Origin: Octopus sinensis
Lineage: Eukaryota
Assembly (NCBI RefSeq): GCF_006345805.1
Contig: NC_043009.1
Span: 41,540,001-41,604,000, forward strand
Length of the DNA stretch: 64,000 bases
Reading direction: 5' to 3'
Shown piece after piece: positions 38,872 to 52,477 of the stretch. How positions within the stretch are numbered: the stretch's first letter is position 1; every line of letters starts with the position of its first letter. Position numbers and translations under genes: made by a program. Under the pieces are notes generated by a model that was given only the letters and a program-made list of their open reading frames with translations, searched no databases and was not told where the DNA came from.

Positions 38872-40450
38872 AAAAATTTTCATAAATGTTTTCGATAACT
38901 TCATTGAAAATTTGCATCAAAATTTTGAAAAGTTTTTTAAAAATTTTCATGAAAATTTTTGAAAATATTTCTGAAGATTTTCATCCAAACATTTTGAAAA
39001 TTTTCATAAAAATTTTTGAAATATTTTTTTGGAAATTTTCATCAAAATTTTTCAAAAAGTTTTTGGGAAATTTTGATCAAAATTTTTCAAAAGCTTTTTA
39101 AAAACGAAAGCAATGGAAAATAATTTAAACAATTAACAAAAAAATAATTCTATAATTTTATACACACGCTTTCCGTACATATATTTGAAAAATTTGTTGA
39201 AAATTTTCCTCGAAAATTTTTGAAATTTTTCCCCAAAAATTTTCTTCAAAAATTTTTGAAAATTTTCCCCAAAAATTTTTGAAAATATAGCCCAGAAGTT
39301 TGTGAAAATTTTCCTCAAAAATTTTTGAAAATTAAAAAAAAATTTTTGGAAATTTTTCCTCATAAATTTTTGAAAATTTTCCCAAAAAAGTTTTGAAAAT
39401 TAAAAAAAAATTTTTCTCAAATATTCTTGAAAATTTTCCCCAAAAATTTTTGAAAAATTTTTTGAAAATTTTGCTCAAAAATTTTTGAAAATTTTCTCTG
39501 AAAATTTTTGAAAATTCTCCCCAAAAATTTTTGAACATTTTCCCCATAAATGTTTGAAAATTTTCCTCAAAAATTTTTGAAAATTTTCCCCAAAAATTTT
39601 TGAAATTTTTTCCCAAAAACTTTTTTTGAAAAATTTTTGCAAAATTTTCCTCTAAAAATTTTTAAAGAATTATTTGAAAATTTTCTTCAAAAATTATTGA
39701 AAATTTTCCCCAATAAGTACAGGAAAATTTTTTGAAATTTTTCCCCAAAAATTTTTGAAAATATTCCCTAAAAGTTTTCTTCAAAAACTTTTAGGGAAAA
39801 TTTGAAAAATTTTTGGAAATTTTTCCCCAAAAATTAAAAAAAAATTTTCAAAAATTTTCTTCTAAAAATTTTTGAAGAATTATTTGAAAATTTTCTTCAA
39901 AAATTTTTGAAAATTTTCCCCAATACGTAATGGAAAATTTTTTGAAATTTTTCCCCAAAAATTTACGAAAATTTTCCCTAAAAGTTTTCTTCAAAAACTT
40001 TTAGGGAAAATTTGAAAAATTTTTGGAAATTTTTCCTCATAAATTTTTGAAAATTTTCCCCCAAAAGTTTTGAAAATTTAAAAAAATTTTTCTCAAATAT
40101 TTTTGAAAATTTTCCCCAAAAATTTTTGAAAAACTTTTTGAAAATTTTGCTCAAAAATTTTTTAAATTTTTCTGCAAAAATTAAAAAAAATTTTTTGAAA
40201 ATTTTTCTCGAAAATTTTTGAAAATTTTCCCCAAAAATTTTTGAAAATTTTCTCGAAAAATTTTTGCAAAATTTTCCTCTAAAATTTTTGAAATTTTTCC
40301 CCAAAGTTTTTGAAAAATATTTAGAAAATTTTCCTCAAAAATTTTTGAAAGTTTTCTCGAAAAATTTTTGAAAAAGTTTTGCAAAATTTTCCTCAAAAAT
40401 TTTTGAAATTTTTCCCCAAAGCTTTTGAAAAATATTTAGAAAATTTTCCT
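38872..40450. repeat. AnTn-phased minisatellite (~23-bp unit aaaattttcc(c/t)caaaaatttttg) with higher-order duplications
   Basis: Read directly. There is a unique spacer at about 39100-39185. Confidence 0.85.
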
Positions 40451-41077
40451 ATAAAAAGCAGTGGTCCCAAGACAGTGCCCTGTGGAACACCGCTCACTAT
40501 TTGTGTGTTCATAGAGGTGGCTCCATTAACCACTACTGCCTGACTCCTATCTTTCAGGAAGTCATGCAACCACACTCCAAGTTTTCCAGCTATGCCGAGG
40601 TCACGCAGTTTGTGGCATATCATACCATGATCCACCTTGTCAAAAGCTTTTGCAAAATCAAGGTAGATTACGTCCACATTTGATTTGTTGAGTAACTGCC
40701 TCAACACCCAGTCATAATGCTGTAAGAGCTGGGTCAGGCAGCTCCTACCTGGTCGAAAACCATGCTGGGCATCAATCAGCAAGTTGTTTTCCTCAAGGAA
40801 TGCGAAGTTTCTTTCTGACTATCCGTTCGATGACTTTGCTGATGTGTGAAGTCAGAGAGATAGGCCTATAGTTTTTGGCACCTGCTCTACTTTCCCCTTT
40901 ATGTATTGGGCATATTATTCCCTCCTGCAGCTTGCTTGGCAGTTTGCCATTCGCAAGAAAGCTCTGGAAGAGAATCTTGAGGGGTTTTGCCAAAGCATGC
41001 TTACACGCTTTGAGGATGATGGCTGGGAAACCATCTGGACCAGCAGCTGAGTTTGTGTCCACTTCATCTATGGCTAG
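40451..41077 (-). mobile_element. CR1/L2-group LINE reverse transcriptase fragment
   Basis: AAGPDG...IICPIHK...NYRPISLTS...QHGFRPGRSC...YLDFAKAFDKV...SGVPQGTVLGPLLF. It has one frameshift and is cut off before the YxDD motif. Confidence 0.93.
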
Positions 41078-41078
41078 T

Positions 41079-41237
41079 AGAAAATTGCACTACTAGGCAC
41101 TGCACACATCCTACGCAGAACACTTTCAATACAGTAACCATAAGAGCATCACAACAAATCACAGCACATACCCAAGGCACACAGAGCTGCGCTCGGTAGT
41201 GAAGTGAAAGCACGTTATAAAAATAAAATTACTGAAT
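41079..41237 (+). mobile_element. Dong/R4 3' end, ~160-bp truncated copy followed by (TAA)n
   Basis: KIALLGTAHILRRTLSIQ* plus a 3' UTR nearly identical to 41846-42002. Confidence 0.9.
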
Positions 41238-41238
41238 G

Positions 41239-41287
<49 letters not shown>

Positions 41288-41339
41288 GAATAATAATAAA
41301 GAAGAAGAAGAAGAAGAAGAAGAAGAAGAAGAAGAAGAA

Positions 41340-41996
41340 GAATATGTGGAGATGGACAAGAAACAATAAATCATATTATCTCTAGCTGCCCAGTCCTTGC
41401 TAAGAAGGAATATATTCACAGACATGACAGAGTTGGAACCTACATACATTGGAAGCTATGCCAACATTATGGAATAACAACAGAAAAAAGATGGTATAGG
41501 CACACACCAGAAAAGGTCACAGAAAACGAGAAAGCAACCATACTCTGGGATATGCCGATACACACAGATAGAGAAATAAGGCCAACAGACCAGATATAGT
41601 TGTCAGAGATCATGAAGAAAAAATGCTTTCTAATTGATGTATCAATACCGGCAGATGACAACGTGTCTCTAAAAGAAATGGAGAAACTCTCAAAATACAA
41701 AGACCTGGAAATAGAGGTAACTAGAATGTGGAATCTGAAAACAGAAACAATTCCTATCATAGTAGGTGCATTAGGCATGATAAAAAAATATTCAGACAAA
41801 TGCATAACAAAAACACCAGGACTTACAAACACATATAACATACAGAAAATTGCACTACTAGGCACTGCACACATCCTACACAGAACACTTTCCATACAAT
41901 AACCAACAGAGCATCACAACAAATCACAGCACATACCCAAGGCACACAGAGCTGCGCTCGGTAGTGAAGTGAAAGCACGCTATAAAAATAAAACTA

Positions 41997-42002
<6 letters not shown>
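41340..42002 (+). mobile_element. Dong/R4 copy: CCHC, restriction-like endonuclease and 3' UTR, followed by (TAA)n
   Basis: ICGDGQETINHIISSCP...RHDRV...NRPDIVV...CFLIDVSIP...EKLSKYKDL...IIVGALG...LLGTAHIL. Two 1-nt deletions fall in A runs. Confidence 0.92.
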
Positions 42003-42056
<54 letters not shown>

Positions 42057-42127
42057 CCTTTTAACTAAAGGCGCACGCCTGAAATTTTGGGGGAAGGGAC
42101 TAGTCGATTACATCAACCCCAATAATA

Positions 42128-42159
<32 letters not shown>

Positions 42160-42183
42160 AATAATAATAATAATAATAATAAT

Positions 42184-42790
42184 AAAAGCGTTACTCATAT
42201 AGTAAGTGAATGTAGCATGCTGATACAGAAAGAATACAAGACATGACAATCTAGGGAGAGCAATCGACTGGGAGGTTTGTAGAAACTAGGATTTGAACAT
42301 ACTGATACGTGGTATGAGCATGAACCTAGTAAAGTACTAGAAAGTAAGATGTACAAGATGTTGTGGGACTTTCAGACATTCAGACTGACAGAGTAATAGG
42401 AGCTAGAAGGCCTGTTTTGCTAGTAGTATATAAAGAGAATAGAAAATGCCAGACAATTGACTTTACTGTACGAAATGATGAAAAAATTAATATGAGAAGT
42501 ATAGAAAAAATAGCAAAGTACCAGGACCTAGCTATTGAAATACAGTGACTACGGATAGTGCGGGTAAAATGTATCCCAATAGTTATAGATGCATTGGGAA
42601 CTATCCCTAAAGATCTGAACCGATGGATAGAGGAAATAGGCATAAAACCCAGTTTAGTACAGCACCAGAAAACAGTGTTATTAGGGACAGCTAGGATACT
42701 TAAGGAGGGTTCTTAGCATCTAAGGTTACTTGCTGTAACCCGATAGGAGGGTTCTTAACATCTGAGGCAACTTGTAACCCGATGTTAGTA
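42184..42790 (+). mobile_element. Second, older Dong/R4 family, C-terminal fragment
   Basis: THIVSECSML..RHDNLG..WYEHEP..LWDF..IQTDRVIGARRP..EKIAKYQDLAIE..LLGTARIL. Preceded by (TAA/TGA)n. Confidence 0.8.
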
Positions 42791-43382
42791 TTATTTTCTT
42801 TTCCAAGAGTCGAATCTGTTGAGTGTGTACGAATAATAATAAAAGCACAACAACAACAACAACAACGGGTATTTCAGTTATCACATTTCGCTCAATGGAT
42901 ATTAACAAAACCATATTTATAAATATTTATCTTAGATTGCTTGTGGTACAATGTAATGTTCACACGATCTTTGTCATTAAGAACTGGAAGCCAGCGATAA
43001 TAGAAACAAGAACACCATTTACCAGTCGCTGCTGTTTAGTTTCGACTCAGAATAGCTCTGATTAAACTGACTTCTGCCCAGTTATTCCATGCCATAACAA
43101 TCCTGTTTCTATTCTTTTTCTTCGAAAATGGAAAAGCATATCTTGGAGCATTATTATTCAATGTATTCTTTTTTATTGGAAGATTATAGTGTAGTCTTTG
43201 AGGGACACTGGATGAACGACCGCATGAGAGAAAGAGAAGAACTATAGTTATTTTGGTATCGTCAAAAATGGCGTCACTTTGACATGACATTGACATTTCA
43301 TGCCAATTGCCTTCTCCAGGAGCATTATTTTCTTTTTTCTTGAATAAGGATGTGCACGACCAGGGACTGACTAGGGTTATCT

Positions 43383-43514
43383 AACAAGAACAACAACAAC
43401 AATAAAAACAACAACAGCAACAACAGCAACAACAACGACGACGACAGCGACAGAGGGAACAACTACTGCTACTATTACTGATACCATTACTGCTCCTGCT
43501 GCTGCTACAACTAT

Positions 43515-43555
<41 letters not shown>

Positions 43556-43656
43556 ATACTACTACTACTACTGCTGCTGCTGCTGACGCTACCACTGCTA
43601 CTGCTGCTGCTGCTCCCCTGCTTCCCTGCTCCCCTACTCCCCTCCTCCTCCTCCTA

Positions 43657-43687
<31 letters not shown>

Positions 43688-43728
43688 GCCTGCTGCGCCT
43701 GCTGCTGCTGCTGCTGTTGTTGTTGCTG
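43383..43728. repeat. Compound trinucleotide mosaic (CAA)-(ACT)-(GCT)-(CCT)-(ACT)-(GCT)
   Basis: Read directly. Confidence 0.95.
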
Positions 43729-43976
43729 AATACAGACTATTTCAAAATACGGTTGCGTAAACAAACGTAAACGTACGCACACAAATTAGGGTATATAAGA
43801 CTGATAACTACACTTACACATATACACAAAGCACATCATACACAGAGGCATACAGACACGTAGATATAAGGTTATACGTAAAAGATAAGAGAGATAACAA
43901 TAAGGCGAATGTGAAATTAATAGAAATTAAAAGCAGCATACAGAAGAGTGCATGCTACACACACACACCACACACA

Positions 43977-44032
<56 letters not shown>

Positions 44033-44125
44033 GCATATATACACATATACGAATAGGGAAAGAAAGATACAGAGAGTCAAAGACGGGAGAGAGATAAAAG
44101 TAATTAGAGAGACAGGGGTAATAAT

Positions 44126-44527
44126 CCTTTCTACTATAGGCACAAGGCCTGAAATTTGGGGGAGGGGGATAGTCGATTACATCGACTCCAGTGCGTAACT
44201 GGTACTTAATTTATCGACCCTGAAAAGATGAAAAGTAAGTCGACTTCGGCGGAATTTGAACTCAGAAGGTAGCGGCAGACGAAATACCTATTTCTATTTC
44301 TTTACGACCCACAAGGGGCAAAACACAGAGAGGACAAACAAAGACAGCTAAACGGATTAAGTCGATTATATCGACCCCAGTGCGTAACTGGTACTTAATT
44401 TATTGACCCCGAAAGGATGGAAGGCAAAGTCGACCTCGGCGGAATTTGAACTCAGAACGTAGCGGCAGACGAAATACTGCTAAGTATTTCGCCCGGCGTG
44501 CTAACTATTCTACCAGCTCACTGCCGT
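44126..44527 (-). mobile_element. Dimeric SINE A with TSD
   Basis: Same junction as the copy at 14245. TSD agacag(g/a)ggtaataat at 44110-44125 and 44528-44543. Confidence 0.9.
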
Positions 44528-44571
44528 AGACAGAGGTAATAATAGACATCAAGATATAACAAAATCCTCTT

Positions 44572-45260
44572 TTAACTCGTATCTTCTGCTTGTTTCAGTC
44601 ATTGGACTGCGGCCATGGCAGTGTTGGAGTCGATTATTCCTTGAAGGAACAAACCGACCCCAACACTTACATTTTTGTTTTAATTTTTTAAATTTATTCT
44701 ATCGGTTTCTTACGCCGAACCGCTAGGGCAGTGTTTCTCAAACATGTTTTGCCTATGGAACCCTTTTGATTCCTATTTTGCTTTGAGGATGGGCCCTATT
44801 TGCCATTTGATGTCTGAAAACTCCTGTTTACATTTTTATAGTCAAATATTTTTAGGAATTGCATTAGAATATATTTAAATATTTTGTGTACTGTAGAAAC
44901 ATAACAAAATTATTGCACATAAAGTTTTACAAACAAAATCTTATATGGGACCCCTAAAGACCATATGTACCCTGGTTGAGGACACCTGCGCTAGACAAAC
45001 CGACTACTATTGTCAAGCAGAGAGAGGGAGTGACAAATGCAAATACAAACACTCTCTCACACACTTACACATGCACACACACACTTATACACACACATGC
45101 CCGACGGGCTTCCACTCAGTTTCGGTATACCATATTAACTCACATGACATTAGTCGGTCCAGGGCTATAGTAGAAGATATTTGCTCAAGGTGCCATATAG
45201 TGGGATTGAACCAGAAAGTACGTGGCCGGAAAGCGAGCCACTCAACCACAAAGACTTGTG
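44572..45260 (-). mobile_element. SINE family B interrupted by a MITE
   Basis: Tail at 44572-44728; remainder at 44989-45260. Confidence 0.75.
44729..44988. mobile_element. hAT (Charlie-like) MITE
   Basis: Terminal inverted repeats cagtgtttctcaa / ttgaggacacctg. Approximate 8-bp TSD cgctaggg / cgctagac. Confidence 0.7.
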
Positions 45261-45490
45261 TTAAATGAAAACTAGTTATAGGTGCAGTCATGGCTGTATG
45301 GTTAAGAAGCTTGCTTTGCTACCACGTACTAATGAAGTGTGTCTGCAATCTGGTACTGATTTATGTCTACAGATACTTTTGCTTCAATGAAAACGATGAA
45401 CATCCCAAAAATCTACTTCCCTAAAGAAAATAGCTCGTTGACGCATAAAAAAATATCATGTTCTTGTTTTAAATCAAACATTTCTTTTTC

Positions 45491-45888
45491 TGTGAGGTAT
45501 ACTTGCCATCTCAATATAGCTAACCGCTAAGGGTGGGTGTTACTGTAGCTTGTAGTCCCAAGAGAACATCGTCTCCAGCTGGCTTTAGGCACACTTTCTG
45601 TGCTCTTATGGTATTTGCAAAGGGAGGTCATCCCTCCCTCGTCAACCTAAGTGATACGCACGGACTGCAGTTTCTAGGTATTGACCTGTCATCAGCGTAC
45701 GACAATCACTGCAGTCCGTGTGTATCACTTAGGCTGACGAGGGAAGGATGACCTCCCTTTGCAAATACCATAAGGGCACATAAAGTGTGCCTAAAGCCAG
45801 CTGGAGACGATGATCTCCTGGGGCTTCAAGCTACAGTAACACCCACCCTTAGTGGTTAGCCATATTGAGATGGCAAATATACCTCGCA
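45491..45888. mobile_element. Fold-back MITE: two 181-bp inverted arms with a 36-bp spacer
   Basis: 45491-45671 is the reverse complement of 45708-45888, with roughly a dozen differences. Confidence 0.9.
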
Positions 45889-46424
45889 TTGTCGTGCAGT
45901 TACTGTTTATACCTCGTTCAGAGGTTTATTATTATTATTTTTTTCAATATTCGTAAATCCTTGAGTAATTCATTTAATAAATGAAGAATTTAATTTTGGT
46001 TAACTAACAAAAGAAAATGAGAAAAAAAAGAGACAAACTGCATGTCGTTCTCACTGGCTTTGAAATAGAAATGAAACTGTTTAAAGTTAGAGAACGTAAC
46101 ATATATGCATATCTGTTCATCTGGAGTTCATTTCTGTTTTATGCCACACATTTATTTCTACCAACATCTATCACCCAGCATTTGTCACCTGTCATTTATC
46201 CTCTATCAACAGTCATCTATGATTATCTATGGTTACAGTTTCCAATGTATTTCTTACAATGCATTTAATGAAATTTAATTATAATACTTCCTACAAAACT
46301 GACTGCAATTAAGTAAAGCTGGATGCAACAGAAGATAATATGCATATGTGTGTGTGTGTATGTATATATGTATGTGTATATACATATATGTATATATATA
46401 CGTATATATATACATATATATATA

Positions 46425-46467
<43 letters not shown>

Positions 46468-46515
46468 TATATATGTATATATATATATACGTATGTATGT
46501 ATGTATGTATGTATG

Positions 46516-46571
<56 letters not shown>

Positions 46572-46925
46572 CACCACCCACGCACCCATATATGAATATA
46601 TATGTGTGTGTGTGTTACAGGATATGAATAAGACAAGTTTGGGTTTTAATTGCATAAATTATTTTTTTATAGTTTTCATTAATCTGCGTGAGAAAAACAT
46701 CAAAATTCACAGATAATAACGGCGAAGCGTTTTAAAGTTTCACAATATCACCACAAATAAATAAACAAATAGATGAATAAATAAATAAATAAATAAAAGA
46801 AAAGAAAATATATAAAGTAAATAAATCCTCCAGGTTCTCGTTAAGAAGTATGATTGAACTTATTGAGTCAGCTCTCTCTTTCTTTCTCTCTCTCTCACTT
46901 TCTCTCTATATATACACAAACACAA

Positions 46926-46960
<35 letters not shown>

Positions 46961-47075
46961 CACATATATGCATATATATATATATACATATATACATATG
47001 TATATGTAAATATACACATACATATACATACATATACATACATATATATATATGTATATATACGTACATACATAC

Positions 47076-47128
<53 letters not shown>

Positions 47129-47279
47129 TATACTTACATATATATACATATACATACATATATATATATATACACACACATACATATATATATACATATA
47201 TATATAATATATATATATATACATACATATATACATACATATTTATATACATACATATATACATACAAATACATATACT

Positions 47280-47333
<54 letters not shown>

Positions 47334-48348
47334 TGAGTGATCAAACCTCTACTTCTGATAATACTCCTATTAGTCGCAAAGCAATAAATATACAATATAA
47401 AACATGCCCACTAGCTGTCACTATGAAAATTTCCCATATACTCTCTTCAAATATGTTTTAATAAACTTTTACAGTGACACAGTGTGAAGACAGATAGCCT
47501 TTATCTTATTCTTGAATTTCATTTTAAAGTTTTTTTTTCCAAAAACACCTTCAAGTAATCTAAGATGAAAGGCCAACGATTCTCTTTGTTCCATTCTGAG
47601 GATTTTATTATATATATTTTTCTCTCAATTTGAGAATTATTTGCAGATTATGAATTTATGTATTTGTATTGTTTATATGCTTTATATCCATCTTAAGATG
47701 AAGGAAAAATTATTGTAAAAAGATTCAAATGATTTTATGAATTTGTAAACTGTTTTTTTTTTTGACTTTTAAGATATAAAACTATTTTAAATAATATAAA
47801 TATATACACAATTTTGTCAAGACATTTTATATTTTATTGTTTTATTTTTGTTTTTAGTGCTGTTCTTGAAGAAATACGTTTATTTATGATAATATAATAC
47901 ATCATAATATTACAGTGTATGATATGTTATGCTATGTTATATTATATTATATTGTATTATATTATACTATTTATTGTATTATATCTTGTTACATTATATT
48001 ATACAATATTAAATTATATTATATTGTATTATATTATATTATAGCGCATTATATTTTCGAATTGCTTATCTCATTTCCAACAACATCATTATAATGTAAT
48101 ACTTCTCACCTCATTCTGTTATCTAGCTTTCTCTATCCATGCTGCCATCCTTCAATTTCTCTGAGTATATGCAAACAAATGTATGTATGTATGTATGTAT
48201 GTATGTATGTATGTAGTATGTATGTATGTATGTATGTATGTATGTATGTATATATACATATATACATACGCACACATATATATATACATGTATATATGTT
48301 TATACACATATACATCCCCCTTCCTCATATATATATTTACGTATATAT

Positions 48349-48406
<58 letters not shown>

Positions 48407-48511
48407 AAGCAAAGTAAAGTTGTAAGGTACCGCACGAGCGGAAATATATATGAAAGGTTTGAAAATGCAATTTTAAAATACCCATACTTCCATCCAGCTA
48501 CCCTTCCAAAC

Positions 48512-48700
<189 letters not shown>

Positions 48701-48758
48701 CATCTATTTATCTATGGACCTAAGTTTATTTCTCCATGTCTGTCTCTTATCATTCATC

Positions 48759-48843
<85 letters not shown>

Positions 48844-50583
48844 TATATATATATACTCACAGACACAGATCAATGTATTTTAACAGACTGTTCCATGAAG
48901 AAGATCACGACGCACGATCTCGGCTACGCTGATACGTGTGTGGGGGGAGGGGGTATGGGACTGGGGTGGCTTGTGAAGGTTAACTAGAAAGAGATTTAAA
49001 ATGGTGATAATATTTCATATTCATTGAAGATGTAGGGCAGATCGTTACTCCAAACTTTTGCAAGGTGAAAATTCTTCAGTTGGAAAAATCTGGAATAATA
49101 GTTTTTCACGTAGGGTCTGAGTGAGGGATCAATAAGGGTATATTTCACTGATACCAGTTTACCACTAACATCACCATCATTACTACCACCCATGACACCC
49201 CCAACATCGCCAACAGCATCACAAAGTCACCACCGTCATCACCACTACCACCACCATCACCACCATCATTATTACCAACGCTACCACATCGCCATCACTA
49301 CATATCTTTCACCACTACTACTACCACCACCGTTACTACCACAAACTCTGCGACCATTACACCATCACCATCATACCATCATCACCACAGCTAGAACACC
49401 AGTACTATCATCAGTATCGCCACCATCACAACACTATCGCCAGTGGCACCATCGCCACCATCACCTCCATCATCACTATCATCACCATGACGCCATCACC
49501 TGAGTACCGCTACCGACGCTCATATGATTCTACTAATCTTCCTATTTTTTTTTCTGTTTCTAATTTAGACAAAAGCAAGCGATTTTGAAAGGAGGGTGTC
49601 ATTCAACCGATCCTAGTACTTTACTGGTATTCTATTTTAACGAGTATAGAAAGATGATGAGCGAAGTTGACTTCGGCAGCATTCGAAGTCAGAAATAAAG
49701 AACTGGATCAAAATATCGCAAAGGATTTTTCCGGCGCTCTAACGATTCTGCCAGCTCGAAACTCTAAGTTAAGAGCCGTACTGCAAGAGATTTTCTACAA
49801 CGCTCTGGCGTTTCTTCAAATTCACGGCCATTTTAAGTAAGGTAATCACGAGAAAACATTTATCAAATATGTCTCTGTAGTAGAAGTTAGACATTTGCAT
49901 TACTACAGGACTTGTTAAAACATCGGTCATTCCAATTTTATCAAGAAATGGTTCATCGAAGTCGTACGTATCATTGTAGATTCATTCATTAAAATGAAAT
50001 GTGAGATTCGAAACTGCAACTGTGAAAATTGAAACTGATTTGAATTCCTTATATTTTGCATCCCTTTTTTTTTTTTGGTCTTAAAATAAAAATGTAAATA
50101 AAAGAGGGGAGAGAAAAGAAGAGAGAAAGAGAGAAACGAAGAGTGTTACAAAGAGAGAAAAAGAATGTGAGAGAGGGAGGGAGAGAGAGAAATGCTAGTA
50201 GGAAGAAACGAGAAAAACCTAAAGTAAACGATTTTATCAAGTTTTTGACATTTTAAATAAAAAAAATTGTTATATACACTCTATTCACGCGCGCGCGCAC
50301 ACACAAACACACACATGCACACAAATATATACACACACAGCCATATAATACATATACATACATATGCATATATATACGTATGTATATATATGTATATGTA
50401 TGTATATGTATTATATGGATGTGTGTATGTGTGTGTGTGTCTATGCATTCATATATTTGGTATATACATATACATATGTACATATATGTTTATATAAATG
50501 TACATACATGTGTGCGTGTGAAATATATATATTTGCATATATATATAAATATATATGCATACATACATACATACATACATACA

Positions 50584-50619
<36 letters not shown>

Positions 50620-50738
50620 TATATATCATTGAAAATTGATGGAGTTTGTTCTTGTTAGCAATGACACTGACAATATTTATATTGGATATAAGAACAGTTT
50701 CCTTTTCACGATAATGTTTCAAATTCCTTAATTTCTAG

Positions 50739-50925
50739 CAAATGCCAAAGTTCAAAGTCGAATGTGCACATTAGCGCCTCTTAGACGCTCCAAATACTAA
50801 ACTCTCAGTCACTGATTACGTCAACAGCCGTGTCCTCGAAATATATGGAGACGGCCAGCCAGTCAGCCAGTGTCATAGAAGGCCAGTCTCTCAGCAAAGA
50901 TCACACAGCCTAGAACAGTTGAATG
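50739..50925 (+). other. Candidate exon, open except for one in-frame TAG; alternative start at 50785
   Basis: Acceptor ccttaatttctag| and donor G|gtacgt. Frame QMPKFKVECAH*RLLDAPNTKLSVTDYVNSRVLEIYGDGQPVSQCHRRPVSQQRSHSLEQLN. Confidence 0.3.
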
Positions 50926-51083
50926 GTACGTATTGTATAAATTACTTTTATGCTGTTAAGATTTCGTTTCAACGTGCATAGGTTAACACATTTGATTATC
51001 TATCAAGCAGACCATATGTTGGGTTACTTAAACATAAACTCTATGTGGTAAAAATGCGTAAATAAGCGTTTACAAAACCTCAC

Positions 51084-51167
<84 letters not shown>

Positions 51168-51401
51168 GTCTGTCTGTCTGTCTGTCTGTATGTCTGTCTG
51201 TCTATCTATTTCTACTTTCTATCTCTCTTCATGTATGTATGTATGTATGTATGTATGTATCTATCTATTTAACTTTCTATCTATCTATCTATGAACACGC
51301 GCAGACACATTTATGCATGTATGCATGTATGTGTGTATATATATATATATATATATGTATGTATCTCTCTCTTCATATATATATATGTATACACACATAA
51401 T

Positions 51402-51466
<65 letters not shown>

Positions 51467-51483
51467 ACACACACACACACACA

Positions 51484-51579
<96 letters not shown>

Positions 51580-51824
51580 TGTATATACATATCTGTTTGT
51601 GTTATATATATATATATGCAAGGGTTGTAAAGCATATTGAAATATATTTTAGATACAGCAGACATTATCTGATAAGGAACTCTGCATACTTGGTAGAGTG
51701 GATAGATATATTCATTATATCAAAAATTGGACGTCTACTCTGAATTTTGCCCCTGGCGAAAATCATAAGCATCACAGCCTGAGACAGAACACCGAGTGAA
51801 GTGTCAACTTTTGATATTATAAAC

Positions 51825-51864
<40 letters not shown>

Positions 51865-52082
51865 TGCACTCATGCATACAGTTATGCATACGCAAATGCG
51901 TGTTTAGGCGGGTGATTGGGTGTGTAAAATATATCATGGGCTCTCCGGTCAAATCTAATAAATATGCACACGCACACACACTCACTCACACACACAGACT
52001 TGCAGACACACGCACACATGCACACACCTCTATAACTTTACCTATCCATCCATCCATCCATCCATCCATCCATCCTCCATCC

Positions 52083-52154
<72 letters not shown>

Positions 52155-52194
52155 GTCTGTCTGTCTGTCTGTCTATCCATCTATCGATCGATCG

Positions 52195-52425
52195 ATCTAA
52201 TTGTTTCAAATTTTTATACTGGGCCACCACATTTTGATGGTATGTGGTAAGTCGATTTTAATCAGACCCAGTAGTTGACTACTACTGACTTTATCGAACC
52301 CGGAAGTAAAGAAGGAGTGAAGGAAGGGAAAGTCGACACCGGTGGTATTTGAAGTCAGAACGTAAAGACGGTTGAAGTGCCGCTTAACATTTTGTCCGGC
52401 GTGCTAACGATCCAACTAGCCCTTG

Positions 52426-52477
<52 letters not shown>

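Noticed and set aside
39133-40396. F/K/N/E-rich ORFs on the minus strand
   Set aside because: They are by-products of the AnTn minisatellite.
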